Origin: Lama glama
Lineage: Eukaryota
DNA: 64,000 nt
Reading direction: 5' to 3'
NCBI GenBank assembly: GCA_028534125.1
Contig: CM052819.1
Location: forward strand, 18,042,001 to 18,106,000
Part shown: in pieces, positions 1 to 11,117 of the stretch
Numbering within the stretch: the stretch's first letter is position 1
Layout: every line of letters starts with the position of its first letter
Translations under genes and position numbers: made by a program
Notes under the pieces: model-generated
The model's database searches: none
Told to the model about the DNA's origin: nothing
Seen by the model: the letters and a program-made list of their open reading frames with translations, nothing else

Positions 1-39
1 GTGGTAGCTGCTGTTCTGGTGGTGGTGGGTGATGATGCT

Positions 40-65
40 GTTTTTTTTTTTTTTTTTTTTTTTTT
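40..65. repeat. Poly(T) run next to a (GGT/GAT)n-like tract
   Basis: Directly visible. Confidence 0.9.
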
Positions 66-1242
66 GCTACGGAGGTCTTCTGAATTAAGATTGTACTGTG
101 AGCATCTCCAGCATAGGAGCTGTGTTTCCACCCTTCCTCACTTGACCTGAAAGTCAGTTCTCCATCTGATGTCTGGTTCCAGCGGAGGCTTATTTATAGT
201 GTTCAGACTAAGAGTAGGTGTGCTCTGGATGCAGAGATGAGCCACTGAGCTGGTGTTTCTCACCTCTGACGACTCGGAAGTATGCTCAGGAACATATACA
301 TATGCTGAAAACGTAATGTTCTTTGAAAAATAAACACTAATAAACAAGTACAAGTCACCGACACAAATGCAGATCTACATCCTGTTCTTGAAGTTTGGCA
401 AAACTTCCCTTGAGTGTGGCATGTTTAGTTCTATCAAGATGTAAGCTAATTTCAGGCTACAGATAAGAGTCAGTTAGAAACGGGATTGAGACTGAATACA
501 CAGGCTAATTTCTTTTGACCCAAACTGCAAGCACACTGACACACTTTGGTGAGAAGAGAGATGTGATAACTTATCAAGGCATCTGGCCTTTCTTCCCTAA
601 GGCTTCACTCTGGGTGCCCTGTCTGGGCAATTAGGGATTTATCAGAGCCAAGAGCTCATCGCCTTTCAAGAAAAAAATTATCCTTTCAAGTGGATTAGCT
701 TGTTGAAATTCTAGCGTGTTACCAGGTGGGGCATCTTCTCAATGTCAAACCTACGATGGGTGAGGGAAAAAAAGAGACTTTTTACTACTGAATATAAAAT
801 GGTTGTAGGAGTCTGCTTTGTATGTTGGTGTGAAACCAAAAGTGGTTGAAAATAAATCCCAGACTGTCGGCGGTCTGAGTGAGAAGTAGAAAACTTAAAG
901 CCTGGAAACTATTGTGGTTACTTCACAGTCAAACACATAGGCTCACATGGCAATACCAGACGAGCATCTCCTTCCTTCACTCCAAACCACTCGAGCTACA
1001 AGGGACTCCAGGTGGAACTGTGGCAGAATCCCAGCTCTCCGTGAAGGCCCAGACTGGGTGTGCGGTGTGGGTCTGGACTGCCACCCCAGAGCAGGCCTTC
1101 ACGTTGCTGTTCTCCGATGTGCTCAGACTTCAGAGGGAAGGGGCCGGGATGGGAATGTGTTCTCTTGATGCAAAAATCAACAATAGACTTTGACAGTGAG
1201 GGGGAAGTATGTGGAACATACATTTAGGGAACCATTAAATTC

Positions 1243-1558
1243 TATTTACAAACCAGAAACAGACTCACAGACGTAGGAAACAAACTATGGTTACCAAAGG
1301 GGAAAGGGCAGGGAGGAATAAATTAGGGTTTGGGGATTAACAAAGACACATTACTATATATAAAATAGATAAACAGTAAGGGCCTACTGTATAGCACAAG
1401 GAACTATATTCAATTTCTTATAATAACATATAACGGAAAAGAATCAGAAAAGAAAATATATATGTATGTATATGTATAACTAAAATCACTTTGTTGTATA
1501 CCTGAAACTAACATTGTAAATCAATTACACTGCAATAGAAAGTTAAAAAAAAAAAAAA
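1243..1558 (+). mobile_element. 5'-truncated cetartiodactyl L1 3' end with poly(A) tail
   Basis: Reads tatttacaaaccagaaacagactcacagac...ctactgtatagcacaaggaactatattcaat...aacattgtaaatcaattacact, then an A tail. Confidence 0.9.
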
Positions 1559-3611
1559 GGAATGGACTTTGACAATGAGGGAGAAATAAATGGAACGTAT
1601 GTTTAGGGAAACATTAAATTCCTCTAGCAAAAATCCAGGAGAAAAGTTGACCCAGTCAAAGTAAATGATGACAAGGAAACATTTATGTGGAATGATGTCC
1701 TGGAAATAATCCTGAGAAGAGAACAAAAAAGAAGCTTTGCAAGATTGATAGATGTTTATCTACAGTACAACTGAGGCAGAAGGTGTAATTTCAGTGGCTG
1801 GTTCTGAAATCTCCATCCCAGATTGGCTTTAGCTGTTGGTAGGGCAGGTGGTCTACAAGATGTTTTGAGAAGGCTACCGCCCTGGATCATGATCATTTCT
1901 AACTTCTAGTACCTGAACTTCCTTAGCATGAGATAAAGTGCTCCATTCCCCATTGAAGATCGGTCCTAAAGGCAAGGACTCGGCAGAGGCAATATTTGGA
2001 CTTGTAGTCAAACAATGTACAAGTGATTGGATCAGACTTATTCCTGAGAACAGAAAGAGGTGAGAACAAAAGCCCAAGGGCAAAAGGTCACCAGGGTATT
2101 GAGAGAGGATGTAAGGGAGGCAGAGTATGAAAAGGCAGCTGGAAACGTAAACTTAAAATCATAGTAGCAGCTAACATATGTTGAGTGTTTATGAAGGGCT
2201 AGAATATGCACTAGGTAGCATTCATGTTTTATCTAAAGCATATGGAGGCTGGGAAGAGGAGCTGAAGTTATCACTGTAACACCATGTATTTTAGTATTTT
2301 AAAAAAACAAACTATAGCCCATTTCTTAAGTTATCCATTCAAAGGCACTTGCGACTGGGTTCTGTAATAATTTTGCACCAGTACATCTGTTGCTTCTGGC
2401 TATCCATCAACAATGTCCTGCAGATAGTACAGAATTATTAACCATGTGGACATAAACCACGAACAAATAGCTAGAAAAGATTGTTTCACCAACACTAATA
2501 AATCACTAAAACTGAAATTAAAATAGATTTTGGGTAAATAATGATTGCCAAAACCATTACTTAAGCCTCAAACTGGAAGTAGATTGTGATTCATAATCTC
2601 TACGAATTAACAACTGAAATCTTATTCTCCTTCGGGGTGGTTAACACTTTTTAAGGCCATGTAATGCGGTTAATAGTTAATATTCAGCTTTGTGATATAC
2701 ATATATTTACTTTTTTAATGAAAAAAAAATCCTTTATTCTCAGAAGACAGTGAAGTCAGTAATACCAGTCTCAATATTGCATTATCTTGCTTTTGCTAAG
2801 AATGAATAAATATCTTAATTTTTAGAGGGAAATTGACAGGAAGAGATAAAGGGTAAGTGAGGAAGCTGTTACTGCATGACTCATCAAAAAGAAGAAAATG
2901 ATTTTCATTTCTTGGTGAGAGGGATTAAAGTAAATCACTAGAAAAATGTCTTCTCTGGCCAAACCAGCGGCTATTAACGATGAGGGGCATGCTCATGCAG
3001 GACTGTGTTAAGATAAAATGAAATGCTTAAAGTAAAAGAATTCATGGTTAATGCTAGAATTACACTGACAACTGCACCTTGATTTCAGAATTAAAGGGTT
3101 AAAATCAGAGATGTGAATACAGAATTAATGAAAAGGCTGTTGGGAAGAAGTTATCTTAGAGTATATGAGAAAGAGGAAGACGAAAGGAGTGAGTAAAAAT
3201 CTGCTGTAAAACAGGGTTTCAGATGATCATGAAGACTACAGAAAGTGCACAGCGTGGAAGGAAAATTAGCGTCAATTTGGCAGAAAATGAAATAATGAGA
3301 GTTAAGTGAATGCTGATGGCTAATGCAACAATCAGGCTTTTTGCCTATCATTCCAGAAGATCATGCTGATATTTTAAACTATTGTATACGAACTGATATT
3401 TTTCCTGACACCACACTATCCAAGCCCTGCAAGTAAATATCAGCTAGGACAGGAGGACTCCTTCATTCATTCCCTCCTTCACTCACTTATTCACTCATTC
3501 ATTCAGGAAATCCTGGTTGAGGACATCCCATGACCATTATTACATGCTAGATGTAGATGTCATAATAGATATGAAAAATGTGTTAAGCCCAGATACATAC
3601 TTAAAGTATTT

Positions 3612-3782
3612 ACAGTGAATTTAATCAAATCAAAGATGCCATCCATTATAAGGCACACTATTACTTCATATACTTCTAAGAAAAATGCTGCTAGTTGTAC
3701 TCAGACACCATTGATTATAAGATTGACTTCAGAAATGTTAGGATGTGAAAAAATGTGCAGTTGGAATCAATGACACCCCCAT
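3612..3782. mobile_element. MER104-like TcMar-Tc2 MITE
   Basis: aagatgccatccattataaggcacactatt...ttcagaaatgttaggatgtgaaaaaatgtgc resembles the recalled consensus. Confidence 0.6.
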
Positions 3783-3899
3783 ACAGAATAATCAAAATCC
3801 AGAGCTCAGTGCCCATGCTAGGCCATTAAGCACTCTAGCCTCTGGACACTTCACATATAAGTAGTGTATTATCTGCCTGGCCCTTGGGGAAAAAGTCTA

Positions 3900-4024
3900 A
3901 GAGATTTGCAGATGTTAATCACTATATATAAAATGAGATAAAAAATAAATTTCTTTTGTATAGCACAGGGAACTATATTCAATATCCTGTAATAACCTTT
4001 AATTAAAAAGAATATGAAAATGAA

Positions 4025-4078
<54 letters not shown>

Positions 4079-4146
4079 ACTGGGACATTGTGCTGTACCC
4101 CAGAAATTGACACACTATAACTGACTATACTTCAATTAAAAAAAAG
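3900..4146 (+). mobile_element. Camelid-type L1 3' end with an internal (TA)n expansion (about 4035-4072)
   Basis: tgtatagcacagggaactatattcaatatc...gactgggacattgtgctgtaccccagaaattgacac...tatacttcaattaaaaaaaa. Confidence 0.88.
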
Positions 4147-4250
4147 ATATTTAAAAAATTTTAAACAAATGGCCTTTTTATACTTATAGACTAAAAGGTA
4201 ATACTCTGTTTCTTAATTCTACTGCAAAGAATCAAGTCTCTCAGTGAAAT

Positions 4251-4382
4251 CAGGGCTGGAACTAGGTGACCTCTCTCTTCAGGCCAGGCAAGTGCTGAAG
4301 GTTAGCTTGATCCTGAGAGTGAGCATCTCCTTAAATTTTGCATCCTAGGTACCCTGTTTGCCTCACCCTAGTCCTGATCTTG
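4251..4382. mobile_element. MER91-like hAT MITE
   Basis: Terminal inverted similarity (cagggctggaactagg...cctagtcctgatcttg) and internal ccttaaattttgcatcctagg. Confidence 0.6.
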
Positions 4383-4436
4383 GGCAAAATACCTTCACGA
4401 TTGTTTTTGCTGCCCCACTCCTGGATTTGGGAAATA

Positions 4437-4941
4437 TGTGATTTTTTCCATTTGCCCCTCTACATCATCTCTTCCTCCTTCTCCTTACTGTCTTGGGCTC
4501 TGAGATGCTCAACAATGTGAACAGCGTTAACTGTGTTCTCTTGCTCTCTGGCTTTGGAATGGTTTTGGCCAAAGGGAAGTGCTGGCAGGATATTGGAAAG
4601 AGGGAGGAGAGTGAAGACAGTATTTATTTCTCAAGCTCCTTTCTTGCCAGGTCACCATGGCTGTCTGTGTCCCTCTCTCAAGGGGAGCTCCTCAGCTTCT
4701 AATTGGCAGTCTTCTCTGTACAAGCTACTCTCTCTGGGTCCTGGTCAATATTCCCTCTCCTGCCCTTTCGGGTACAGAGTGGTAAGTGGTCTCCACCGAT
4801 TCTAGCCCGGGGTACTGCACTATCCCTTGCTGACTTTCTTAGGCCAGCCCCTATCTTTGTAAATACTCCTTTTATTAACTTTCTTTAAATGAGTCAACTT
4901 GAATCTGTCACTTGTTTCCTGCCTAAACTGGGGCTAATACA
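4437..4941 (+). mobile_element. ERVL solo LTR (LTR33-like)
   Basis: Contains ctctctggctttggaatggttttggccaaagggaagtgctggcagg...gggaggagagtga and ends gtttcctgcc...ctaataca. Confidence 0.65.
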
Positions 4942-5859
4942 GAAAATTTTATACCTGTGAATATGCAGCTGTAGAAAGTTTTTACTTGGCTGGGAACTTT
5001 GTTTGTAGCCACTTGAAATTTCTTAGGAAACTCCTGAATATAATAAACAAATCTTAAACACAGTTTTGTTTCCAGCCATAAAAGTTAGAATTGTGCTTTT
5101 AACTGTTTCTCTAGGGCATCTGCATATTCATGCCCAATTTGACAGAAACTGCTCCCAGCCCTAGGCCGGCTCAGATTTTCACCAGGAAAATCTGCTGACT
5201 GCAGATATTAGGAGCGTAGATCATACCACAGATGTACTAGGACCTAAACAGCAGGAGATAAAAGCATTCCAGAACCAGATCCATTTATTACAACCAAAGG
5301 CAAAATATGCTTTATTAAATGTTCTTTCTTAAACTACTGAATTCAGTAAAAATGTTAAAGAGCTGGCAGAAGTCTTTCTAGAAACTAAAATTGTAACCTA
5401 GTGAAGCCATGAGGTAGATCTCACCAACTCAGCAATCTGGCTCCTGCTGACTGTCCTGATGGTGAGCTTGGTAAAAACAGTTCACACCAGGCTCAGAAGG
5501 GACCTCAAATGGTATCATCCTACCACATCAAAAGATGAGAATGCCAAGACCCATACAGAGTATTCGGCAGAGGTAATTAGGTTGTAAGTAATAGAAACAA
5601 GACGTAAGCCAGTTTTTAAACTTAGGTTGTTTCATTTCAACTTTGCATGCTGCCTATCTCAAATAAGCAAATGAATAATGATTGGGGAGATTATAAAACC
5701 TCTTTTATCCTTTGGTGAGAGGAGACTTTCAGGAGAAGGAAAGATTAAAATGAAGAGTTTAGTAGAAGATACTTATTGTCTGAGACGTCAGGATAAAACA
5801 ATACAGAATGAATTTGAAATCTGAAAACAGTATTGGCTGTAATGTGGTGTGATGTGATA

Positions 5860-5965
5860 TTTCTCAAACTCTAGTAATTCAGATAGCAACTTCGTGATTT
5901 TTTTTTTACATCACTGAAAGCCACCTGTACCATTATTTCTTTAATATTTTCCTTTAAATTAACTT
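5860..5965. mobile_element. hAT-Charlie MITE (MER113-like), left piece; further pieces at about 8280-8353 and 10181-10275
   Basis: tttctcaaact...ccacctgtaccattatttctttaatattttcctttaaat; middle piece gaaatcatggtttgatatgctagctata; right piece tgtacctcctataat...cacacttt. Confidence 0.5.
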
Positions 5966-8250
5966 CTTCTCCTTCCATTCTGTCAATTTTGCTCTATGTA
6001 TTTTGGGGCCTTGTTAAGAACGTATGTTTATAATTGTTATAGTTTCCTAATGAATTGACCGTTTTTTATCATTATAAAGGAGTCTCTATCAAAGTGCATG
6101 TGTGTGCACGCACGCGTGTGTGTGGTAGTCCATTTTGTCTGCTGTTAGTATACTGCTTCAGTTCTCTTACAGGTGCTATTTCCATGGTATATCTTTTTCC
6201 ATCTTTTGCCTTTGAGCCTGTTTGTATCTTTGAATCTAGTTGGATCTTGTTTTTATTTTTTAATCTAGACCAATAATCTCTGCCTTTTGATTCAATTGTT
6301 TAGTTGATTCACTTAATGTTATTATTGATATAATCAGGTTTACCTCTGTCATTTTGCTATTGCTTTCAATATGTTTCATGTATTTTTTATTCCTCTGTTC
6401 TTCCTTTATTACTTTATTTCTATTAAACGGATATTATCTATATATCATTTTAATTCCTCTAATAACTTTTAAAATATATATATATTTTTAGTATTTTCTT
6501 AGTGGTTGTTCTGGGGATTACAATGTACATCTTAACTGATCAGACTACTTCAGATTTATATTAAATTAACTCCAGTGAGATATAGAACATTTGTTCCACT
6601 CTATTCCCTCTCTTTTGTATTATTAATACAATATATATCATATCCATGTATGTTACAAACCCAAAAATATAGTGTTATAATTGCCACTTTATATAATCTT
6701 ATATTAAAATTATAAATATAGGATTAGATAAGATTGATAAATTAAGACTATTATAAAGTATACATTAATCTTATATAAAATTATAATTTATGAATCTTTA
6801 TATGTCTTTTTAAGAAACTAAGGAGAATACAGAAAAATATATTTACAAAGTTTTTATTTTAATCTTCTTATTTACCCTTTCTGGTACTCTTCATTTCCTC
6901 CTGTGGACTTGAGTTGCCATCTTAAGTCACTTCCTTGGTTAATAAATGTAGTATCCTTCCCTCCTTTGTTCCTTGTATTATTGTTGTCAAATACGTATCT
7001 CTATATGCTACAGACCCCAAAATTCAATTTTATAGATATTGTTTTATTGTGTTGTCTTTTAAAAAATTAAGAGAAGAAAGGAGAAGAAATACTATTTTCT
7101 GCAGTTAATACATAATTTCCTCTGCCAGCATTTTTTGTTTTTCATATGGATTAAATTATGGTCTAGTGTTACTTCCTTTCAGCATGAAGAATTTCTTTAG
7201 TATTTTTTTGTAAGTCAGGTCTGCTGGCTACAAATTCTCCTAATCTTTATTTATCTTGGAATGTCTTTATGTTTTCCTCACTTTTGAAGCTAACTTTGCT
7301 ATATATAGTGTTCTTGGCTAACAGTTTTTTCCTTGAAGCACTTTAAATATGTTATCCACTAACATTTGGACTCTATTGTTTCTAATAAGAAATGAGCTGT
7401 TAATGTCACTGGGATTCTCTTCTATGTGATGAATGATTTTTCTCTGTTGTTTTCAAGATTTTCTCTTTGTCTTTGATTTTCAACATTTTGACTGTGATAN
7501 NNNNNNNNNNNNNNNNNNNNNNNNNNNNNNNNNNNNNNNNNNNNNNNNNNNNNNNNNNNNNNNNNNNNNNNNNNNNNNNNNNNNNNNNNNNNNNNNNNNN
7601 NNNNNNNNNNNNNNNNNNNNNNNNNNNNNNNNNNNNNTCTCCTTCTGGTATACTCACGCATATTTGTGTGCTTAATGATATCTCAGAGGATCTATTCATT
7701 TTTCCTTTTTATTTTTTCTTAGTTCTTAAAGATTGTATAATTTCTAATGCTCTATCTTCAAATTTGCTACCTCTTTCTTTTTCCAGCTCAAATCTATGGT
7801 TAAGTCCCTGTAGTGAATTTTCCATTTCATCTATTATACTCTGCAACTTCAGAATTTCCATTTTAATACAATTTCTGTCTCCTTATTGATATTCTCTATT
7901 TGATGAGTCTCAGTCATCATATCTTCCTTTAATTTTTTAAACATGGTTTCAGTTAGGTGTTTGAACTTATTTATTATAGCAGCTTTGAAATCTTTGTCTA
8001 CTTTCCCTGTAACCCCTCAAATGCAGTTTTTATTGTTTACTTGTTGTTTTCCTGTACAAAGGTCACAATATCCTGTTTCTTCCCACATTTCATAATATTT
8101 TGTCAAAAACAGGACATTATAGATATATATTGTACCAATTCTGAATTCTGATTAGCTCTCTCTCTTTCCCAGGGCATGATAATGTTGCTATTTTTTTGAT
8201 TTGTTTGTTTAGTTGATTGCTTGGACAAATTATGTAAAGTCTATTTCCAT
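5965..8250 (-). mobile_element. Ancient L1M fragment spanning the ORF1/ORF2 junction
   Basis: The minus-strand peptide ITVKMLKIKDKEKILK is typical of L1 ORF1p. The plus strand is T-rich. Contains gap 7500-7637. Confidence 0.85.
7500..7637. other. Assembly gap
   Basis: Run of N. Confidence 1.
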
Positions 8251-8353
8251 TTTGGAAGTCCTCCTCAATTGATGTTTTACAAGCTTAGTTTGTCTTAAAC
8301 AACAGTATCTATGAAATCATGGTTTGATATGCTAGCTATATATTTAAATATCC

Positions 8354-10180
8354 ATTTACACTACTACGCTATCAGCATTCATTGGATCTAAATTTAGTTT
8401 TTGAGTTTATTTTTGAGTAGTTCTATTTGTAAGTGTTGGTATTTCATTACCTTCTTCTTTCTTATGTCTTTCAAAGGACAAAGGTGAATCTAACATATTA
8501 AAAAAATAAAATAATACTATTTTTTTCTTGTAATTACCACATATGTCCATTGGATACCTTTAAAAATCTAAGATATATTATAAAATCTTAGTGATCTTAT
8601 TTTGCCTGTATCTTGAAAAATTTTGCTATTTTATCATCCTAGAAATTATGTCCTCATCACTCATTATTCCAAATGATGCTAAAAAACTACTGAATTAATA
8701 AGAAAACAAGAATACTGATGGCATCGTTTAGATACAATAGTGAAATGAGTCATCATTATGTTATCATCCTTCAGTTTTCTTATGTTGCCTAATATATTGC
8801 ATCACCTGTCAAAAAGGTGTAGAAGACAGGAGGTACTCTTTTTATAGTCATAGTCTGTTTGTAGCTTTCACTGGACGCAACTGAGAATTCAGAATTTTTT
8901 TCATTTCTCATCCATAATGACAAAAAGAATAAAATTTACAACAGAAGATATTTTACAATTATTAGACAAATAGAAGACAAATGCAAAGAGACAGCAAAAC
9001 TCTATTCTCTAAGGATGATGGTCAAACTGTATTAGGAAAATCTTAGACCATAATTCTTCAGATAACAATATCCTAGATGAATTGTTTTAAACTTAAGAAT
9101 CCATGAGTTTATGAATTATGATGAATATAATTCTAAGAGCACAAAGGAGATGTGGTATTCTCATCCATTTAGTTACTAAACAGGAAGAACTTCATCATGC
9201 ACTATTTCATAACAAGAACTTGGGTTATCCCATGTTTCTTAAAGGACATATGCATGATTTGTTCATACTTTATGATGCTTTTGTGCCAAAATTATTTGAT
9301 ATGATTTGTAAGTAGACAAATGCTGAATCAGATATGTATACAAAGATGAGTGGAAGAAAATTAAAACAATTCGATAGACATTATTCTAACTGCTATTTGT
9401 AAATTTAAAATGGAAATATTTTGTAATGTGAAATTAGAAATATGGCCTCTTCAACAAAATTATAATTAATCAAAATTATTTAAAAAACTTGAAGTTTTCC
9501 ATTTTCATGATGAAAGTACAAAAAGAAGATCCTTAAGTAATTATAAGCTAGAACCTCTTAGAGATGCATTTGAAATCTGGAATATATTCTTGGTGCATGC
9601 ATGACAGTTGACAAGCAATTAATTGAATTCAGAGGATGTTACCTAGTTCAGATTTCTCTTTCTATTTTATGTATCTAAAGAGAGAAAGAGAGAGAGGAAA
9701 AATATATAACAAAAACTGTGTTTGTGTTCTTATTGAATTTTTGAATTAAGGTGTTTTTCATTAGCCATTTATTCTTGCAAAAATTATTTGTAAAATGTTT
9801 TACAGAAACAGATTCATAGACATAGAATACAAACTTGTGATTGCCAAGGGGCGGAGGGTGGGAAGGGACAGACTGGGATCTTAAATTGCAGAATAGATAA
9901 ACAAGATCATACTGTACATAGTACAGGGAAATATATGCAAGATCTTGTGGTAACTCATAGCGGGAAAAAAAATGTGACAATGAATATACATATGTTCATG
10001 TATAACTGAAAAATTGTGCACTACACTAGAATTTGACACAACATTGTAAAATGACTATCATTCAATAAAAAGAATGTAAAAAAATTATTTGTAAAATGTT
10101 TTAAAATATAAAAAACAAAAGCACATTGGCTCTAGATAGTAAATAATAATGAGTATTTTCCCTATTATAATAGGGGTTAA
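8354..10180 (+). mobile_element. Looper-like piggyBac DNA transposon relic
   Basis: Decayed transposase peptides YKLEPLRDAFEIWN (about 9542-9583) and MTVDKQLIEFRGC (9601-9639). The right end is GGGG-TTAA at 10173-10180; the left end is approximate. Confidence 0.85.
9803..10079 (+). mobile_element. Young camelid L1 3' end inserted in the piggyBac relic
   Basis: cagaaacagattcatagacatagaatacaaacttg...caataaaaagaatgt, flanked by a perfect TSD AAAAATTATTTGTAAAATGTTTTA (9779-9802, 10080-10103). Confidence 0.92.
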
Positions 10181-10289
10181 ACATACATGTACAACTTAAA
10201 AAATTTAAAGTTAATCACTGTACCTCCTATAATACTCCTGCATTCATATGTATCACACTTTACACTTTAGACACAGGATGTCCTAGAAT

Positions 10290-10520
10290 GCCTAATGGTT
10301 CTGGAACCAGGATGATCCAGGTTTGAATTTTGGCCCCATTCCTTTCAGCTGTGAAACCATGGACAAGAAACATCCTTTCTATGAATACTAGTTTATTTGT
10401 CTATAAAAAGAAGATGATAGAACCTACTCTGCAGAGTTAACATCACACTCAGAGATGAAGATAAGGCACCCAATGTATTTACTAGGAAACATCAGGTGCT
10501 CAATAAATAAATAAATGCTT
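10290..10520 (+). mobile_element. MIR SINE
   Basis: ctggaaccaggatgatccaggtttgaattttggcc...tgtctataaaaagaagatgatag...caggtgctcaataaata. Confidence 0.75.
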
Positions 10521-10717
10521 AATTCTCCCTTATTTCCTTTTTGGTATTAATAATCTTTGTTGAGGAGGATGCATGACTAGATTAAGACTAATGGAAAAAA
10601 AAGGCTTGGCTCAAAAGAAACATTAAAAATAGAGGAATGGCATTGTGTGTGTGTGTGTTTAATATGCTTACTCATCATCTAAGGATCTTGTTAAGATGAA
10701 AAGTCTGTTTTAGGAGG

Positions 10718-11117
10718 TGTCTTAGATAGCTTGGGCTGCTATTACAAAATATCATAGACTGGGTGGCTTAAATGTCAGACATTTATTTCCTACAGTTTTG
10801 GGGGCTGGAATGTCTAAGATCAAAGTACTAGCTGATTTGGTTACTAGGAAGTTCTCTCCTCCTGGGTTGCAGATAGCTGCTTTCTCACTATGTGCTCACA
10901 TGACCTCTTCTTTGTGTGTGTGCAAGAAAGAAAGTGNNNNNNNNNNNNNNNNNNNNNNNNNNNNNNNNNNNNNNNNNNNNNNNNNNNNNNNNNNNNNNNN
11001 NNNNNNNNNNNNNNNNNNNNNNNNNNNNNNNNNNNNNNNNNNNNNNNNNNNNNNNNNNNNNNNNNNNNNNNNNNNNNNNNNNNNNNTTGGGAAGGTGACA
11101 CAATTCAGTCCATAGCA
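10718..11117 (-). mobile_element. MLT1A-type MaLR solo LTR inserted in a MER5
   Basis: TG...CA ends with near-TSD GGAGG/GTAGG; contains gggctgctattacaaaatatcatagactgggtggcttaaa. Contains gap 10937-11086. Confidence 0.88.
10937..11086. other. Assembly gap
   Basis: Run of N. Confidence 1.
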
